Shown here piece by piece: positions 54,001-64,000 of a stretch of DNA of 64,000 bases. Source of the stretch: Schmidtea polychroa (Eukaryota). Positions within the stretch are counted from its first letter, which is position 1; each line of letters starts with the position of its first letter. Both the position numbers and the translations under genes were made by a program. The notes under the pieces were generated by a model that was given only the letters and a program-made list of their open reading frames with translations, had not been told where the DNA came from and did not search any database. The stretch spans positions 63,798,001 through 63,862,000 of the forward strand of contig CM097888.1 of assembly GCA_044892525.1 (NCBI GenBank), written 5' to 3'.

Positions 54001-57000
54001 GATAATAATAAATTTTCAATTGCAGTTATCGATATTTGCACAATTTTCAATAATTGAGTCAGGAAATTTGTAATTGTTTGTGAAAGAATAAAAAATATGA
54101 AGTCCAATGCAAGAAAATGTTGTAAAGTTGCTAATGTACTGCACTTATTCTTAACGGATATTTAAGTGTTTGTTTTATTAGACTTTCATCAATATTAGTT
54201 GAAATATTTGGAAACATTTCCACATTTGAAGAAAGCTTTCAAACTATAGATCATTAATTTTGATGATTTAGTTATTTATTTATTATTTATAAATATTTGA
54301 TTATAAATAATTAAACCAATGTTACTTCATCAATTGAAAATATTTAAAAATTTAATTAGTCATTTTAAAAATAAGAAAATTGATGTTATTTCCTGACATT
54401 TTAGATTTATAATTAGATTTAAGTGAATAATATTTTAGAAATAAATTTGATATTTACACATAAATATAATTACTTGTTTATAAGTTAAAAGGAAATTATA
54501 AGTAAATTAATCAATTAAAAAATTAGTATAGTCAACTATTTTACAAATTTATTATTATTATTATTATTACTATTATTATTATTAAATGATGATTGCTTGG
54601 TAGCAGCACTTATTATTTAAAACAATAAAATGATAATTTAAGCCTTTTGCTGCAAATAATTTATTTAATGAAAGAATTTTCGACTATAAGATAGTCCTTG
54701 TCAATCTCCTGTAATTTAGCAATGTTCTTCCCCAAAATACCTTTCAATCTTTCTTTTATTTCCTTTCTCTTAATTCTCATTGGTTGTAAATATAATATAA
54801 TTGTAAATATAATATAAATATAATTGTTTTACTAAAAACTTTTAAAATTCTTACATTTAAAATTTCAAAATGACACAAACTAAAAATTTTTAAATTTTTT
54901 ACAGCTTCTATAATTAGCTTCTAGAAGCCTAATAAAATATTTGAAAATATTCTAAATAAAGGCTCCAATAACCACTTATATATGCTATTTAAATATTTCA
55001 ATAAATGTGTCAATTTTGATTTTCAAACCCTATTTTTTAAAATTTTTTTCTATATTATTCTAATTATTACTTTTTAATTTATTCTATTTTTTTAATTTCT
55101 TTATATATTGTCAGTTATTCTCAAGGTCAATGACAACAGATCAAATTCCTGATTTCATTGATTTCTTCTTTAGTGTTGATCTTTGGCTGTCTGTTTATGA
55201 TGAGAATTGCTTCTTAGAATCTGACATTTTCTTTTGAATGTTTCCATTAGCTATGATTTCTATTGAAATATATTTTCTTTCCTCTGTTGGCTGACACTGC
55301 CGGAGATGTCTGCCCAACGAGGATGTTCCACCAGGATCTAGATGTTCTTTAACTCTTTGGTGCAAGGTCCTGAGGGTACTTCCAATGTAGATTTCATTGC
55401 ATACATTGCGCGTGATGCAATAGACGATGTTTTTTCTAAAGCACATATCTTTCGGTGTCTGGCAGTTTTTCATTGTGCAATTGTTTTCTCTATTTATGTT
55501 GCCTGCCAGAGCCCTTCTCAATGTCCAAGATTTATGTGCAATCCGAATTGGAAAACCGGTACGTTTAAGTTCTTTCAGGATCTTGAAGTCGATTATGTTA
55601 CTGATGAATGGGATATTCCGATAGAAATATTTCTGATTCTTTTGTGTTAATTCCCTAGATTTTCTTGGGGTAGAATTCATTCTTTCAATGTCCTCACCTT
55701 GGTATCCGTTTCGCTGTAGGATTTTATTGAAATTTGTTGAAAAATTTTTAGTTTGTGTCATTTTGAAATTTTAAATGTAAAAATTTTAAAAGTTTTTAGT
55801 AAAACAATTATATTTATATTATATTTACAACCAATGAGAATTAAGAGAAAGGAAATAAAAGAAAGATTGAAAGGTATTTTGGGGAAGAACATTGCTAAAT
55901 TACAGGAGATTGACAAGGACTATCTTATAGTCGAAAATTCTTTCATTAAATACATTATTTGCAGCAAAAGGCTTTAATTATNNNNNNNNNNNNNNNNNNN
56001 NNNNNNNNNNNNNNNNNNNNNNNNNNNNNNNNNNNNNNNNNNNNNNNNNNNNNNNNNNNNNNNNNNNNNNNNNNNNNNNNNNNNNNNNNNNNNNNNNNNN
56101 NNNNNNNNNNNNNNNNNNNNNNNNNNNNNNNNNNNNNNNNNNNNNNNNNNNNNNNNNNNNNNNNNNNNNNNNNNNNNNNNNNNNNNNNNNNNNGATGAAT
56201 GGGATATTCAGATAGAAATATTTCTGATTCTTTTGTGTTAATTCCTTAGATCTTCTTGGGGTAGAATTCATTCTTTCAATGTCCTCACCTTGGTATCCGT
56301 TTCGCTGTAGGATTTTATTGAAATTTGATTGTTCTTTAAAGTTTTCGTTTTTCTCCGTGCATCGATTGGCTATTCTTCGTTTCTCGTTTCTTATGACATG
56401 TACTTTATGTAAGTATGGAAGCGCTGATCTTTGGTGCATAAATATTTCTTTGCGAGCTGGTTTTCTGTAGAACCCGTATGTTGGAGTATTTCCTTCTATT
56501 TTGATTCTCAAATCCAATAAATTGAGGGATCCATCTTCTTCCGGATATTCGATTTCGAACTTAATATCTTGATGAGCCGCATTGAATGTATGATATATTT
56601 TCTCCGCTTCTTTTCTGCTTTTGGTCGTGATGAAGATATCATCTACATATCTTGTATAGAAACCGATGGGTTGTATGGTCCTCAATGTCTGTTGTTCGAG
56701 GTTATCCATAAAGATGATTGCTAGCAGTCCTGATATGCTAGAACCCATAGGCAGACCTTTAACTTGTTTATAGATATTTTGTTCAAAGGTAAAATAGGTG
56801 TTCTCTAGGATAACAGTAAGTAGTTTGGTGATATTCTCGATATTCATTTCCTTTATTAACAAGTTGCTTTCTCTTAATTTCTTTTCTAAACATTGAATAG
56901 CCTATTTTGGTTCGATAGATGTGTATAGTGATACGACATCAAGACTGAATGGGTATTGGAATTCTCTATGACAAGTTATGTTATTATTTAGTCTTGTCAT

Positions 57001-60000
57001 GAGGCAGTTTCTGCTTTGAAGATGGTGTGGTATTGTGTCCAATAAAGGTTTCAAGATCTTTGCAAGGAGCCAACTTGTTTTGTGACGAAGCTGTTGGTTA
57101 TTCTGTTGTTGAGCCTCATTTCCAAAGCTATGGCTTTCCATACTTTGTTGATCTTCATTTCGATGGTGTTTGGTGACATGTGGCTGACTTTCTTGTATGT
57201 TTCGATGTTGCCGAGGTGTACGTAACCAGCTTCACAGTAACGATTCTTCTCTATAATGCAAAATTCTCCCCCCTTGTCACTTGGTAAGTAAACGTACGGT
57301 TTCTTTTTAAGGGATTTTAATATTGCCCGTTCGTCTTTCGTTAGNNNNNNNNNNNNNNNNNNNNNNNNNNNNNNNNNNNNNNNNNNNNNNNNNNNNNNNN
57401 NNNNNNNNNNNNNNNNNNNNNNNNNNNNNNNNNNNNNNNNNNNNNNNNNNNNNNNNNNNNNNNNNNNNNNNNNNNNNNNNNNNNNNNNNNNNNNNNNNNN
57501 NNNNNNNNNNNNNNNNNNNNNNNNNNNNNNNNNNNNNNNNNNNNNNNNNNNNNNNNNNNNNNNNNNNNNNNNNNNNNNNNNNNNNNNNNNNNNNNNNNNN
57601 NNNNNNNNNNNNNNNNNNNNNNNNNNNNNNCATTTCTATAGTTATAATAATTATTATTTGTTTTAATTAAATTATTTTTATTATATTTCATTTTTATTTG
57701 TCTATGCTTGTTTAACGTTGACATTTTTATGCGTTAATTATGTATTTCCATTTCAATGAACAAGGAAGTGTTTTAATTTTACTTTCAATCGAGAATGCTT
57801 ATTTGAATAAAGGAAATTACTAGTGAATAGTAATGAATTTTTACTGAAGCAATATCAGTTTTCATTTTCTTATATTTCAACAATACACTGAGTCTTTAAT
57901 AATTAAAAAATATTAATTTACTTTTAAGACTGTTCTGGAAAAACAAAAACTATTTGTATAATCCATTACTTTTGTTTACATTTATCTATCTTTAAAATTC
58001 TTGGAAAAGGATTAACGTAAATTCCTTAGAATAAGTTTAAAATTTTCCAATTTTATGCAAATTCTTAAAAAAATAAATTTTAAATACATCAAATTTCGGA
58101 TATTTATAACTATAATAAACTTTCATCTATTTAAATTTACGCTTGGATTAGATTTGGAGAAAAACACTCAATTTGTGTTACAAATAAGAATTTATTCCAA
58201 AATTCCTTTGATGATGATTTTCAATTAAGATTGATTGCGTTTGCTAATGGTAATGGAAATTAAAAGACAGTAAAAATGTTTAATCCTAATGAAACTCACA
58301 AAGAACTGAAAGATGTAAAAAACGAAAAATCTGTTAGAAAGATGATGTCCAGCCATAAAATATAGAGAATATCTTCATCTTAAAAAATATAAAAATTCAC
58401 ATATGACTTTTGCTAAACCTGTTTCTGAAAATTAATTCTTCAATGTTGAAACAAAAATCAAAATGGCCAAGAAACTCTCTGATGATTTGAAAATAAATCA
58501 TTTTTTCATTATAAACAATTTTATAATTATCTTGTCTTCGATTTGGAATTACAAATATTATTTGAGTTATCAAATTTATAACTATTGACATTGGCACAAT
58601 TATCATTAAAACAACAAATAATAATAGATATTATATTTATTAAAACATATTTACATTTGACTCAAATTTCATTCTGAAATGCAAAAATATCTACGAAATT
58701 TTAAATTCAGAGTCCAAATTTGTGTCTTTTTCTGATTTTCATAATTTATTAATAAAATCAAATATAAAAATTAATTAACTTATTTATTTTTTATCTAATA
58801 TAAAAAGTAAAAGTTCATTAAAACAAACGAAATAAATAATTCAGTAAACAAAATTTTCCAAACTCCTCATTGTTGACAATTTTAAATATTTTGATAAATA
58901 TACATCATAAATAATTCATGGACGCCACGAGAATAGATGAAACATACTTTTAAATATTTTCAGGATTATTGTTAACAACCACTTAAGCCTGACATATCAA
59001 TAGTTGAATAAGAAAATTAGTTAATTTTTGTTTTATTGTTACAGTAAATATTAATCTAACTTTTCAAATTAATTTTTAGTTGTTTAATCTAAAGAATGAT
59101 ATCTGGTTAAGAAATTTTAATAAATTATAATAAATGTATTTAATATATAATAAAAATTGTATTATAAATTTTTGCTGTGGATTTTTATTATCATACATTC
59201 TCAAATAAAATTGAAATTAAAGTGATGTTGTATTTGTTCTTTCTGTTTTGATTAAAATGAAAAAAACTTAAATCTTAAAAAAAATATTATATTTTTAAAA
59301 CTCAATATTAACATTTTATTTAATGACATAACAATCTAAAATTAAAAAATTCAAGATGATTTAGACTATTATGTAATTGTGATCACATATATCATATAAT
59401 AATATATATTGCTGAGTTATTTGCTACATTTCTCTTTTTAAAGTTATTTGTAATCTCAAAATTTATTTCATGTATTTTCTTAACCCTTTAACCACTAAAA
59501 CCGTCTACAGACGGTCATCATAAAATCATCATTCAGTTTAAATTGAAAAATTTTTGCGCTCTAACAACTAAGACCGTTTTTCGTCTGTAAAACTCCCGAC
59601 CATAACTTGTAGGTTTCAACACGATCAAACACATAGTTTGCTTGTAACGGTCAGTTTCGTTGAGAACTTCGCTTCCTCGTAATTCTATTTCAGTGGTTAA
59701 AGGGTTAATTATTTTTATTGAATCTTTGCATTGATTGTCATAAATATTTGTCCGATTCCATTTTTTATTCTGTAATCCACCGTAACCCATTTGATCTTTT
59801 ATTATAATTAGAATACTTAAATTCTTTATATACTTCATTTACTTTCATTTATCTCATTTTACAAAACCATATTTGCTTTACATAATTATAATTATTGCCA
59901 AGTGATATTTTATATTCTGAATTTAAGCAATGCTAATAGAAATTATCATGATAAAAACAAAAATCATATTTCACAATATAAATATATGTAAAATATAAAC

Positions 60001-60859
60001 GAATGAAAAAATTACTTGGTCTTATCTGTTCCATAAATATAAATTGATAAAATATTTTTCGAAATTGTAATTATTATAAATTTAAAAGTCCCAGTATATA
60101 TGGCTTTGATAACTCATGGTATGCTTGAATAACAGAGACCGTTCTTAAAATAATGTTTCATTTACGTGAATATATAATTATCATTATCATAATTTACAAT
60201 ATTTTTCAATTTAAATTTCAAAATAAATGTTAATTAAAGAAATCTAAGCAAAGAATTTTCTAGTTTTTAAATAATTTAAATTTAATAAAGTAAGAATAAC
60301 AATTCTAATCATAACACAAAACTACTGTCTTTTTTCGATAGAACTTTATCTGGAACGTTTTTCTGTACAGCCTCAAATAATCATGAATTTATTGTAATTG
60401 TAATTACAAATAAATAAACGACATGAACAATTACAGATTTAATTAATTAATAATAAATTAAAAGTAAAATCATAACTTTTCCTTCTTTTCAATTTCTATT
60501 TTCTTCATTTGTTCTTGACACTTTTTTAATATTTGACACATATATAAGTTTTTATGTAATACGAAGCTTTCATATTTTAATTTTATTAGCAATAAAATTG
60601 AATATTTTAGGTTAAAGTCACCAAGAAATCCTCAAAATCAGATGAAGAAGTATTCATTCGACATCTTGACAGAGGAAGTTGGTTTGGAGAAAAAGCCTTA
60701 AGAGAGTAAGTAATTAAATTAATATTTAAAAATATAATATTTTTATATTATTATTAATTTTATTATTATAAAAATTTTATTTTCTAGTGAAGATGTCAGA
60801 ACTGCCAGTATTATTGCGGAAAGTCCTTCGGGTGTCGACTGTCTTGTGCTTGATCGAGA
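11452..60859 (+). CDS. PRKG1: cGMP-dependent protein kinase gene, regulatory half (7 coding exons; continues past the window)
   Basis: All six GT-AG junctions join in compatible phase (2,1,1,2,0,2). Spliced protein: leucine zipper, KRNAIS pseudosubstrate, [16 protein letters not shown] and FGEKAL...VRTASI pockets with the RT signature of PKG. The symbol denotes family-level homology only. Confidence 0.95.
15615..15768. repeat. AT-rich 22-bp minisatellite, about 6-7 degenerate copies
   Basis: Unit ATATATTTAAAATTATYYAACA repeated head to tail. Confidence 0.85.
17901..18996 (-). mobile_element. Internally deleted IS630/Tc1/mariner transposon (1096 bp)
   Basis: TIRs starting TTCATCCTGATAT; TA at 17899-17900 and 18997-18998. 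ORF 17873..18616 has HTH-like SRSTISR, SRKRL, and first catalytic D in [11 protein letters not shown]; the second D and the E are missing. Confidence 0.88.
21785..21951 (+). CDS. PRKG1: PKG exon 2 (start of cGMP-binding domain A)
   Basis: TTTCAATAG acceptor; [30 protein letters not shown]...[15 protein letters not shown]; donor GTATT. Confidence 0.96.
21983..22049. repeat. (TAA)n microsatellite just downstream of PKG exon 2
   Basis: Direct reading. Confidence 0.95.
23765..24008. mobile_element. piggyBac-type MITE (244 bp)
   Basis: Perfect 16-bp TIR CCCTTAAATGCATGAT, TTAA on both sides (23761-23764, 24009-24012). Confidence 0.92.
26161..26453 (+). mobile_element. Penelope-like element fragment (RT-to-endonuclease linker)
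   Basis: MNSTP...[39 protein letters not shown] is homologous to the PLE copies at 55130-55740 and 56194-56330. Confidence 0.88.
26454..27990 (+). mobile_element. Decayed hAT transposon of the Charlie/Buster (SPIN/GTF2IRD2-like) group
   Basis: Charlie-like terminus CAGGTGTCGGAACCCGGTGGCCC at 26454. From ~26960 a broken frame gives [11 protein letters not shown]...[30 protein letters not shown] (CIIHQ-like) and YYSAVRWLS. Confidence 0.85.
26674..26800. mobile_element. 127-bp hairpin MITE (GCCTTTTGCTGCAAAT family)
   Basis: Arms of ~55 bp are reverse complements; the same TIR bounds 54641-55973, and decayed ends occur near 14622 and 62275. Confidence 0.85.
30282..30822 (+). pseudogene. Actin pseudogene fragment (N-terminal ~190 codons; ends in an N-gap)
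   Basis: [77 protein letters not shown], with stops, frameshifts and small deletions. Confidence 0.93.
31925..32357 (-). mobile_element. 433-bp hAT deletion derivative
   Basis: Perfect 8-bp TSD CACATTGT (31917-31924, 32358-32365); degenerate CA...TG TIRs; the minus strand keeps a dimerization-domain remnant ([11 protein letters not shown]...MSQERLSGL). Confidence 0.9.
38675..38788 (+). CDS. PRKG1: PKG exon 3
   Basis: TTTATTCAG acceptor; (D)[37 protein letters not shown]; donor GTATT. Confidence 0.97.
39567..39672 (+). CDS. PRKG1: PKG exon 4
   Basis: TTTATCAAG acceptor; (A)[34 protein letters not shown]; donor GTACG. Confidence 0.96.
43347..43458. repeat. 7 x 16-bp tandem array (CCCACTATTCCCAATT)
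   Basis: Direct count; it produces the spurious [16 protein letters not shown] ORFs. Confidence 0.93.
43596..43827. mobile_element. Inner MITE-like element with GGATCAAGGTCAA TIRs
   Basis: GGATCAAGGTCAAAAT at 43596 and ATATTGACCTTGATCC ending 43827; repeated CAAAATCCCCC motif. No TSD found. Confidence 0.65.
44250..46289 (-). mobile_element. Decayed piggyBac transposon
   Basis: [28 protein letters not shown] and GGVDTMD (DDD triad), RWP, and Cys-rich tail KRCYIC...CVTC...VCKEH. In-frame stops and frameshifts. 5' end TTAA-ACCTTTAACC (reverse strand) at 46289; 3' TIR not found. Confidence 0.93.
47950..49230 (-). mobile_element. Second decayed piggyBac transposase, interrupted by a hAT MITE
   Basis: Manual minus-strand translation: DEQLFP-like, [52 protein letters not shown]. 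Too broken for the ORF track. Confidence 0.85.
48137..48402. mobile_element. Charlie-type hAT MITE (266 bp)
   Basis: Ends CAGTGTTTGCCGA and (reverse complement) CAGAGTTGCCAA; TSD CTCTAGAG / TTCTAAAG fits the NTCTAGAN target preference of Charlie/Buster hATs. Confidence 0.85.
49803..50019. mobile_element. Tc1/mariner (Tc2/pogo-like CCGTA termini) MITE, 217 bp
   Basis: TIR CCGTATWAGCCCGAATAT..AACGCGAC at both ends, TA duplication at 49801-49802 and 50020-50021. Confidence 0.9.
50744..50885 (+). CDS. PRKG1: PKG exon 5 (start of cGMP-binding domain B)
   Basis: GTTCCAG acceptor; (S)[47 protein letters not shown]; donor GTAAT. Confidence 0.96.
51460..51700 (-). mobile_element. Probable 3' remnant of a third piggyBac
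   Basis: Decayed Cys-rich tail (IKCT...KTTNF*QK...KNCIKCL) on the minus strand and a GGACACATGTGTCC palindrome of the kind seen subterminally in piggyBacs. Highly degenerate. Confidence 0.4.
52735..53880 (+). mobile_element. Decayed LTR-retrotransposon pol (protease to RNase H, with deletions)
   Basis: [11 protein letters not shown] (protease start), [44 protein letters not shown]...LRVDS...[13 protein letters not shown]. Confidence 0.72.
54641..55973. mobile_element. Foldback element with 251/234-bp inverted arms enclosing a Penelope fragment
   Basis: 54641-54891 and 55740-55973 are near-identical reverse complements (left arm has an extra 17-bp duplication); TTA on both sides (54638-54640, 55974-55976), the PIF/Harbinger-type TSD. 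Confidence 0.8.
55130..55740 (-). mobile_element. Penelope-like linker plus GIY-YIG endonuclease (pseudo-LTR-like copy)
   Basis: CTMKNC...C...IVYCIT...[20 protein letters not shown] (ORF 55195..55761); frameshift near the C-terminus. Confidence 0.92.
56194..57344 (-). mobile_element. Penelope-like reverse transcriptase (defective; gaps on both sides)
   Basis: [49 protein letters not shown]. One in-frame TAG at 56902-56904, a frameshift and a deletion near 57080. Confidence 0.94.
59484..59704. mobile_element. piggyBac-type MITE (221 bp)
   Basis: 13-bp TIR CCCTTTAACCACT, TTAA on both sides (59480-59483, 59705-59708), internal CCGTCTACAGACGG near-palindrome. Confidence 0.92.
60611..60705 (+). 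CDS. PRKG1: PKG exon 6
   Basis: ATTTTAG acceptor; [31 protein letters not shown]; donor GTAAG. Confidence 0.95.
60788..60859 (+). CDS. PRKG1: PKG exon 7
   Basis: TTTCTAG acceptor; (D)[23 protein letters not shown]; donor GTAAG. Confidence 0.95.
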
Positions 60860-63354
60860 GTAAGAATGTATTTTCCAAATATAAATATTACTCAAATTAA
60901 AACAAAGATATAATTATTAAATACTTTTTAATAAAAAGTTAAGCTTTATTCAATGTTTAAAAAGAATGATAAAATATATTAAATAATATCAAGTTTAAAA
61001 TTTATAATTATCATCATTTTAATTATCCCCATTTAATTTTATTTAGAAATTTTAATCATTTTCAATTTTATTTCATTTTCAAATCCATTAAAAATAATTG
61101 TTGAAATAATTAAAAAAATAAACAATCGTAGTAAATTTATAATTTAATTATTTATTCTAAATTATTGGATTATTCCCAAAACTTTCATAGAATTAATCAT
61201 TATTGATTCGAATTTTTATTCGAACACTAAAATAGATTTTTTTGAAATTCTAGGAGTGCAGTGATCGAGAAAAATGATGTTTAGAAAATTAAAATTGATT
61301 TTCATTTCTACAAATTAAAACAAAAATTTAAGTGGTCTACAGTTCATCGTCATGATCGATATTTTTGTTTCACTTGATTCAAATGAGAAATAATGCAAAA
61401 TTTTATTATTTATTATAATCTAATTTGTTGTTCACTGTTTATCTGTTTATGTTTTTTTAAACATTTCCTCTATTTTCATTATAATTATAAATCAAAATTT
61501 GTGTTATAATAGTGATAAGAATTTTGATTTTACAACCGTAATGAAAATAAACCAAATCTTAAAATGTAACAATTTAATTTTGCAATCAAATATTAATTCT
61601 TTAACAGTTATTTTATAACTATAACTTAAAATTTTTATTATAATTTTTATCAAATATTAATTTAATATTTATTGTAAACTTTAAAAACTTTAAAAAAAAC
61701 TTTGATAAATAAACAAAAGCGTCATTTAAACAAAGATGAAACATGTAGTTAGTAATTAGTATTTATCAAAATTACATTTATAAAAATAAGCTATTGTTGC
61801 AGCAGTGCTCTGATTTAATATATCAAATAAATACATTTAAAAATATTTATTATTTATGAAATATATTTATGAAATATAATTAACATTTAATCATCAATAA
61901 TTTTTTCACAATAATTATCAAAGTTTCTATGGAAAATTATCAAAGCCTTTCTATTTTTTCTATCTTTACCAATGTTTTCTTCAAATATTTTGAATTATTT
62001 AAAAGAGCAAGTTAATATTTTTAGAATTTATATAATTTTATTATCTTATTTTGTTTACTCTCCACTTGTGTGATTTTATTTATTTAATCGATATTTATAC
62101 TAATTTTAAGGATTTTATTAAAAAAGATATATAATCAAAGATAAAATTTGTGTGTACATCATGCGGGAAAATAAAAATATCTAATAAAAAATATTTACTC
62201 AAAACTATAAAAACCTTGATATATGGATTATTGTTTTAATCGAAAATTATTTCATTTTATTAAATATGTACTTTGCAGCAAAAAGGCTTCACTTGTTTAT
62301 AAAAACTTTCGCTGTCGTTGTGCAGCGTTGAGTAATTTGTTTCATTTAATTTCATTTTCTGAAATAATCCCTTGCTCATATGTTTGGATCCGAATGGTCT
62401 GACAATGTTTTTTGTGTTAAATATCACAAATTGAATATTATTGAATAATATTTATTTCCCATTTTTTGTCAATTATAGTTTTAATGAATTAATATGATTT
62501 CTGAAATTTATCATGCTACATATGTTGAGCTAACTATTAAAAGCCATTAATTTGTAACAATGAAATTTCAAATATTTAGAAAGACTTAAAAAGTTAAACA
62601 TTTTTCAATTTATATTTATTTATATTTATTCATAAGCAAAAAGTTACATAATTATTTTAGATTATTTTATTCATGAGTATGGTAATTTAATCAATAATTC
62701 AAGTGTTTCACCATACAAAATATTTGAATGAAATGTAATTTTATTTCTTGTTTATATTGATACGCCAACAAAAGACACTAATGGAACCTACTAGTGTTTC
62801 TTCAGTTACTATTCCGTTTAGAGATGTTTTAAAATAATATTAAACGACTTCAGCAAAGAGAAAGACATTAAATGCAATTAGAATGCAATAATAATTTATT
62901 TCAAATATTATTATATTTATTTAATTACGGTACTCCGGTAAAAGTATTCTTAGACTGTGATGCTAAAATATTAATTATTTACATTTAAAATACTTTTAAG
63001 ATTTTCAAAAGTCTATTATTTATCAACAATATTTAAACATGAAACACCTTTCCACAAATAATCTGTTATTTAATATTACCAAATTTTTATTATAATTATA
63101 TTTACTTTTTTAAACTAATATAAATTAAATTATCTACAAATTTTCTGATTTGTTTTCTTTGGATGTGTAATATATTTTTATTATAATTAAAAGTCAAAAA
63201 TAAATTTTCTTACATAAAAAGATTTATGGAACTGTCTTTATCCTTAAGATAGTGCTCAAAATCTTTGTTACAGAGAGAACTAAATCTTTTTGATTATAAT
63301 AAAAAAATATTTAAAATTGTACATATTATATTAAAATCAATTAAAAGTAAAGGT

Positions 63355-64000
63355 ATTCTTTGATTTATGCAATAGTTCGGGACCATCAAAATGGCGCACA
63401 ATTCAAAACTGCATAATTTGAGATTAAGAACCAAGGTAACCAAGGAAAATAATAAAAAGCCATTGTCACAGTTATTTTAAAATAAAAAATTTCATTCTAT
63501 TCTAAATCTGTTAGAAAAATAATTTATCTTTGATTTTAATATAAAATTTCAAAAAAAAATCATCAATACAGTTATTCATAAAATTCACTAACTTAATGAC
63601 TTTAGTAGGAACTATAACTTTTATTTTAAAATTTAAATTTTAAAAAGAATTTATAAATTTTCATCTTCATTTAAATCTGTAATCTTTTTATCGTCCTCGT
63701 TTTTCTGGAAAAAATTAGTCATTAGTTTTTGTTGTTTTGTAGGTGTTTTTATGACGATTTCTTTACTGCAACTATTTCCTATAGGAAAAGGTGTAGCTCT
63801 GTGACTTATGAAACTTGTTATTAATGATTGCTTTTTAAAGAGATCTGTCTGTTTTTTTAATTCAAAGTACAGTGCCATAATTATTTGTAATTGAGACTGA
63901 AATTTTAGTCATTTTTCTATATCTGAATCATGGTCTTCAAAGAAATGTTGTAGTTTATTAAAATTAACAATAGTGTAGTTTCGGATTCTGGCTCATCGTC
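63355..64000 (-). mobile_element. 3' end of a pogo/Tigger-like transposon
   Basis: Minus-strand HFFEDHDSDIEK*LKFQ...KKQSLITSF resembles Tigger-type C-termini; a decayed Tigger-like TIR region lies at ~63355-63425. Confidence 0.5.

Noticed and set aside
54895-55200. Hammerhead ribozyme expected near the Penelope pseudo-LTR; CTGATGA motifs near 15055 (minus), 37598 and 53207
   Set aside because: No CTGANGA...GAAA core with three compatible stems could be built by eye. A covariance-model search would be decisive.
44397-56904. Repeated in-frame stops in the piggyBac (TAA, TAA, TGA) and PLE (TAG) as a sign of recoding or an alternative genetic code
   Set aside because: Different stop types, each reachable by simple substitution, together with frameshifts and deletions; host exons and the intact hAT read normally in the standard code.
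10699-57724. X-filled ORFs in the track
   Set aside because: Artefacts of reading through the nine N-gaps.
58200-58370. pogo-like N-terminal HTH resemblance ([13 protein letters not shown])
   Set aside because: A single short degenerate match without DDD domain or TIRs.

Overview
Very AT-rich eukaryotic (metazoan) scaffold with nine N-gaps. Triclad flatworm is plausible from composition and TE content, but this is inference only. One host gene spans the window on the + strand: a cGMP-dependent protein kinase (PKG/PRKG-type). Seven coding exons (11452-60859) splice together in phase with GT-AG introns of 9494, 16723, 778, 11071, 9725 and 82 bp. They encode the leucine zipper, pseudosubstrate and both cGMP-binding domains; the kinase domain lies beyond the window. 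Upstream is a young, compact Ty3/gypsy LTR retrotransposon (2594-10768) with 138/150-bp AGTTA...TAACT LTRs, an ATAAT TSD and a clear -1 frameshift signal. An intact 3477-bp hAT transposon has inserted into it so that the 8-bp TSD contains the gag ATG. A second, truncated gypsy integrase and LTR lie at 696-2069. The introns hold nested DNA transposons and MITEs (Tc1/IS630-like, three piggyBac remnants, Charlie-type and other hATs, Tc2-like, pogo-like), Penelope-like retroelement pieces, a decayed LTR pol and an actin pseudogene. The least explained structure is a ~1.3-kb foldback (54641-55973) whose ~240-bp arms enclose a Penelope GIY-YIG cassette, with an inverted paralogous locus at 26.2-26.9 kb. 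No tRNA, rRNA or CRISPR array was seen. No clearly new biological system is demonstrated; the best leads are TE-architecture findings.
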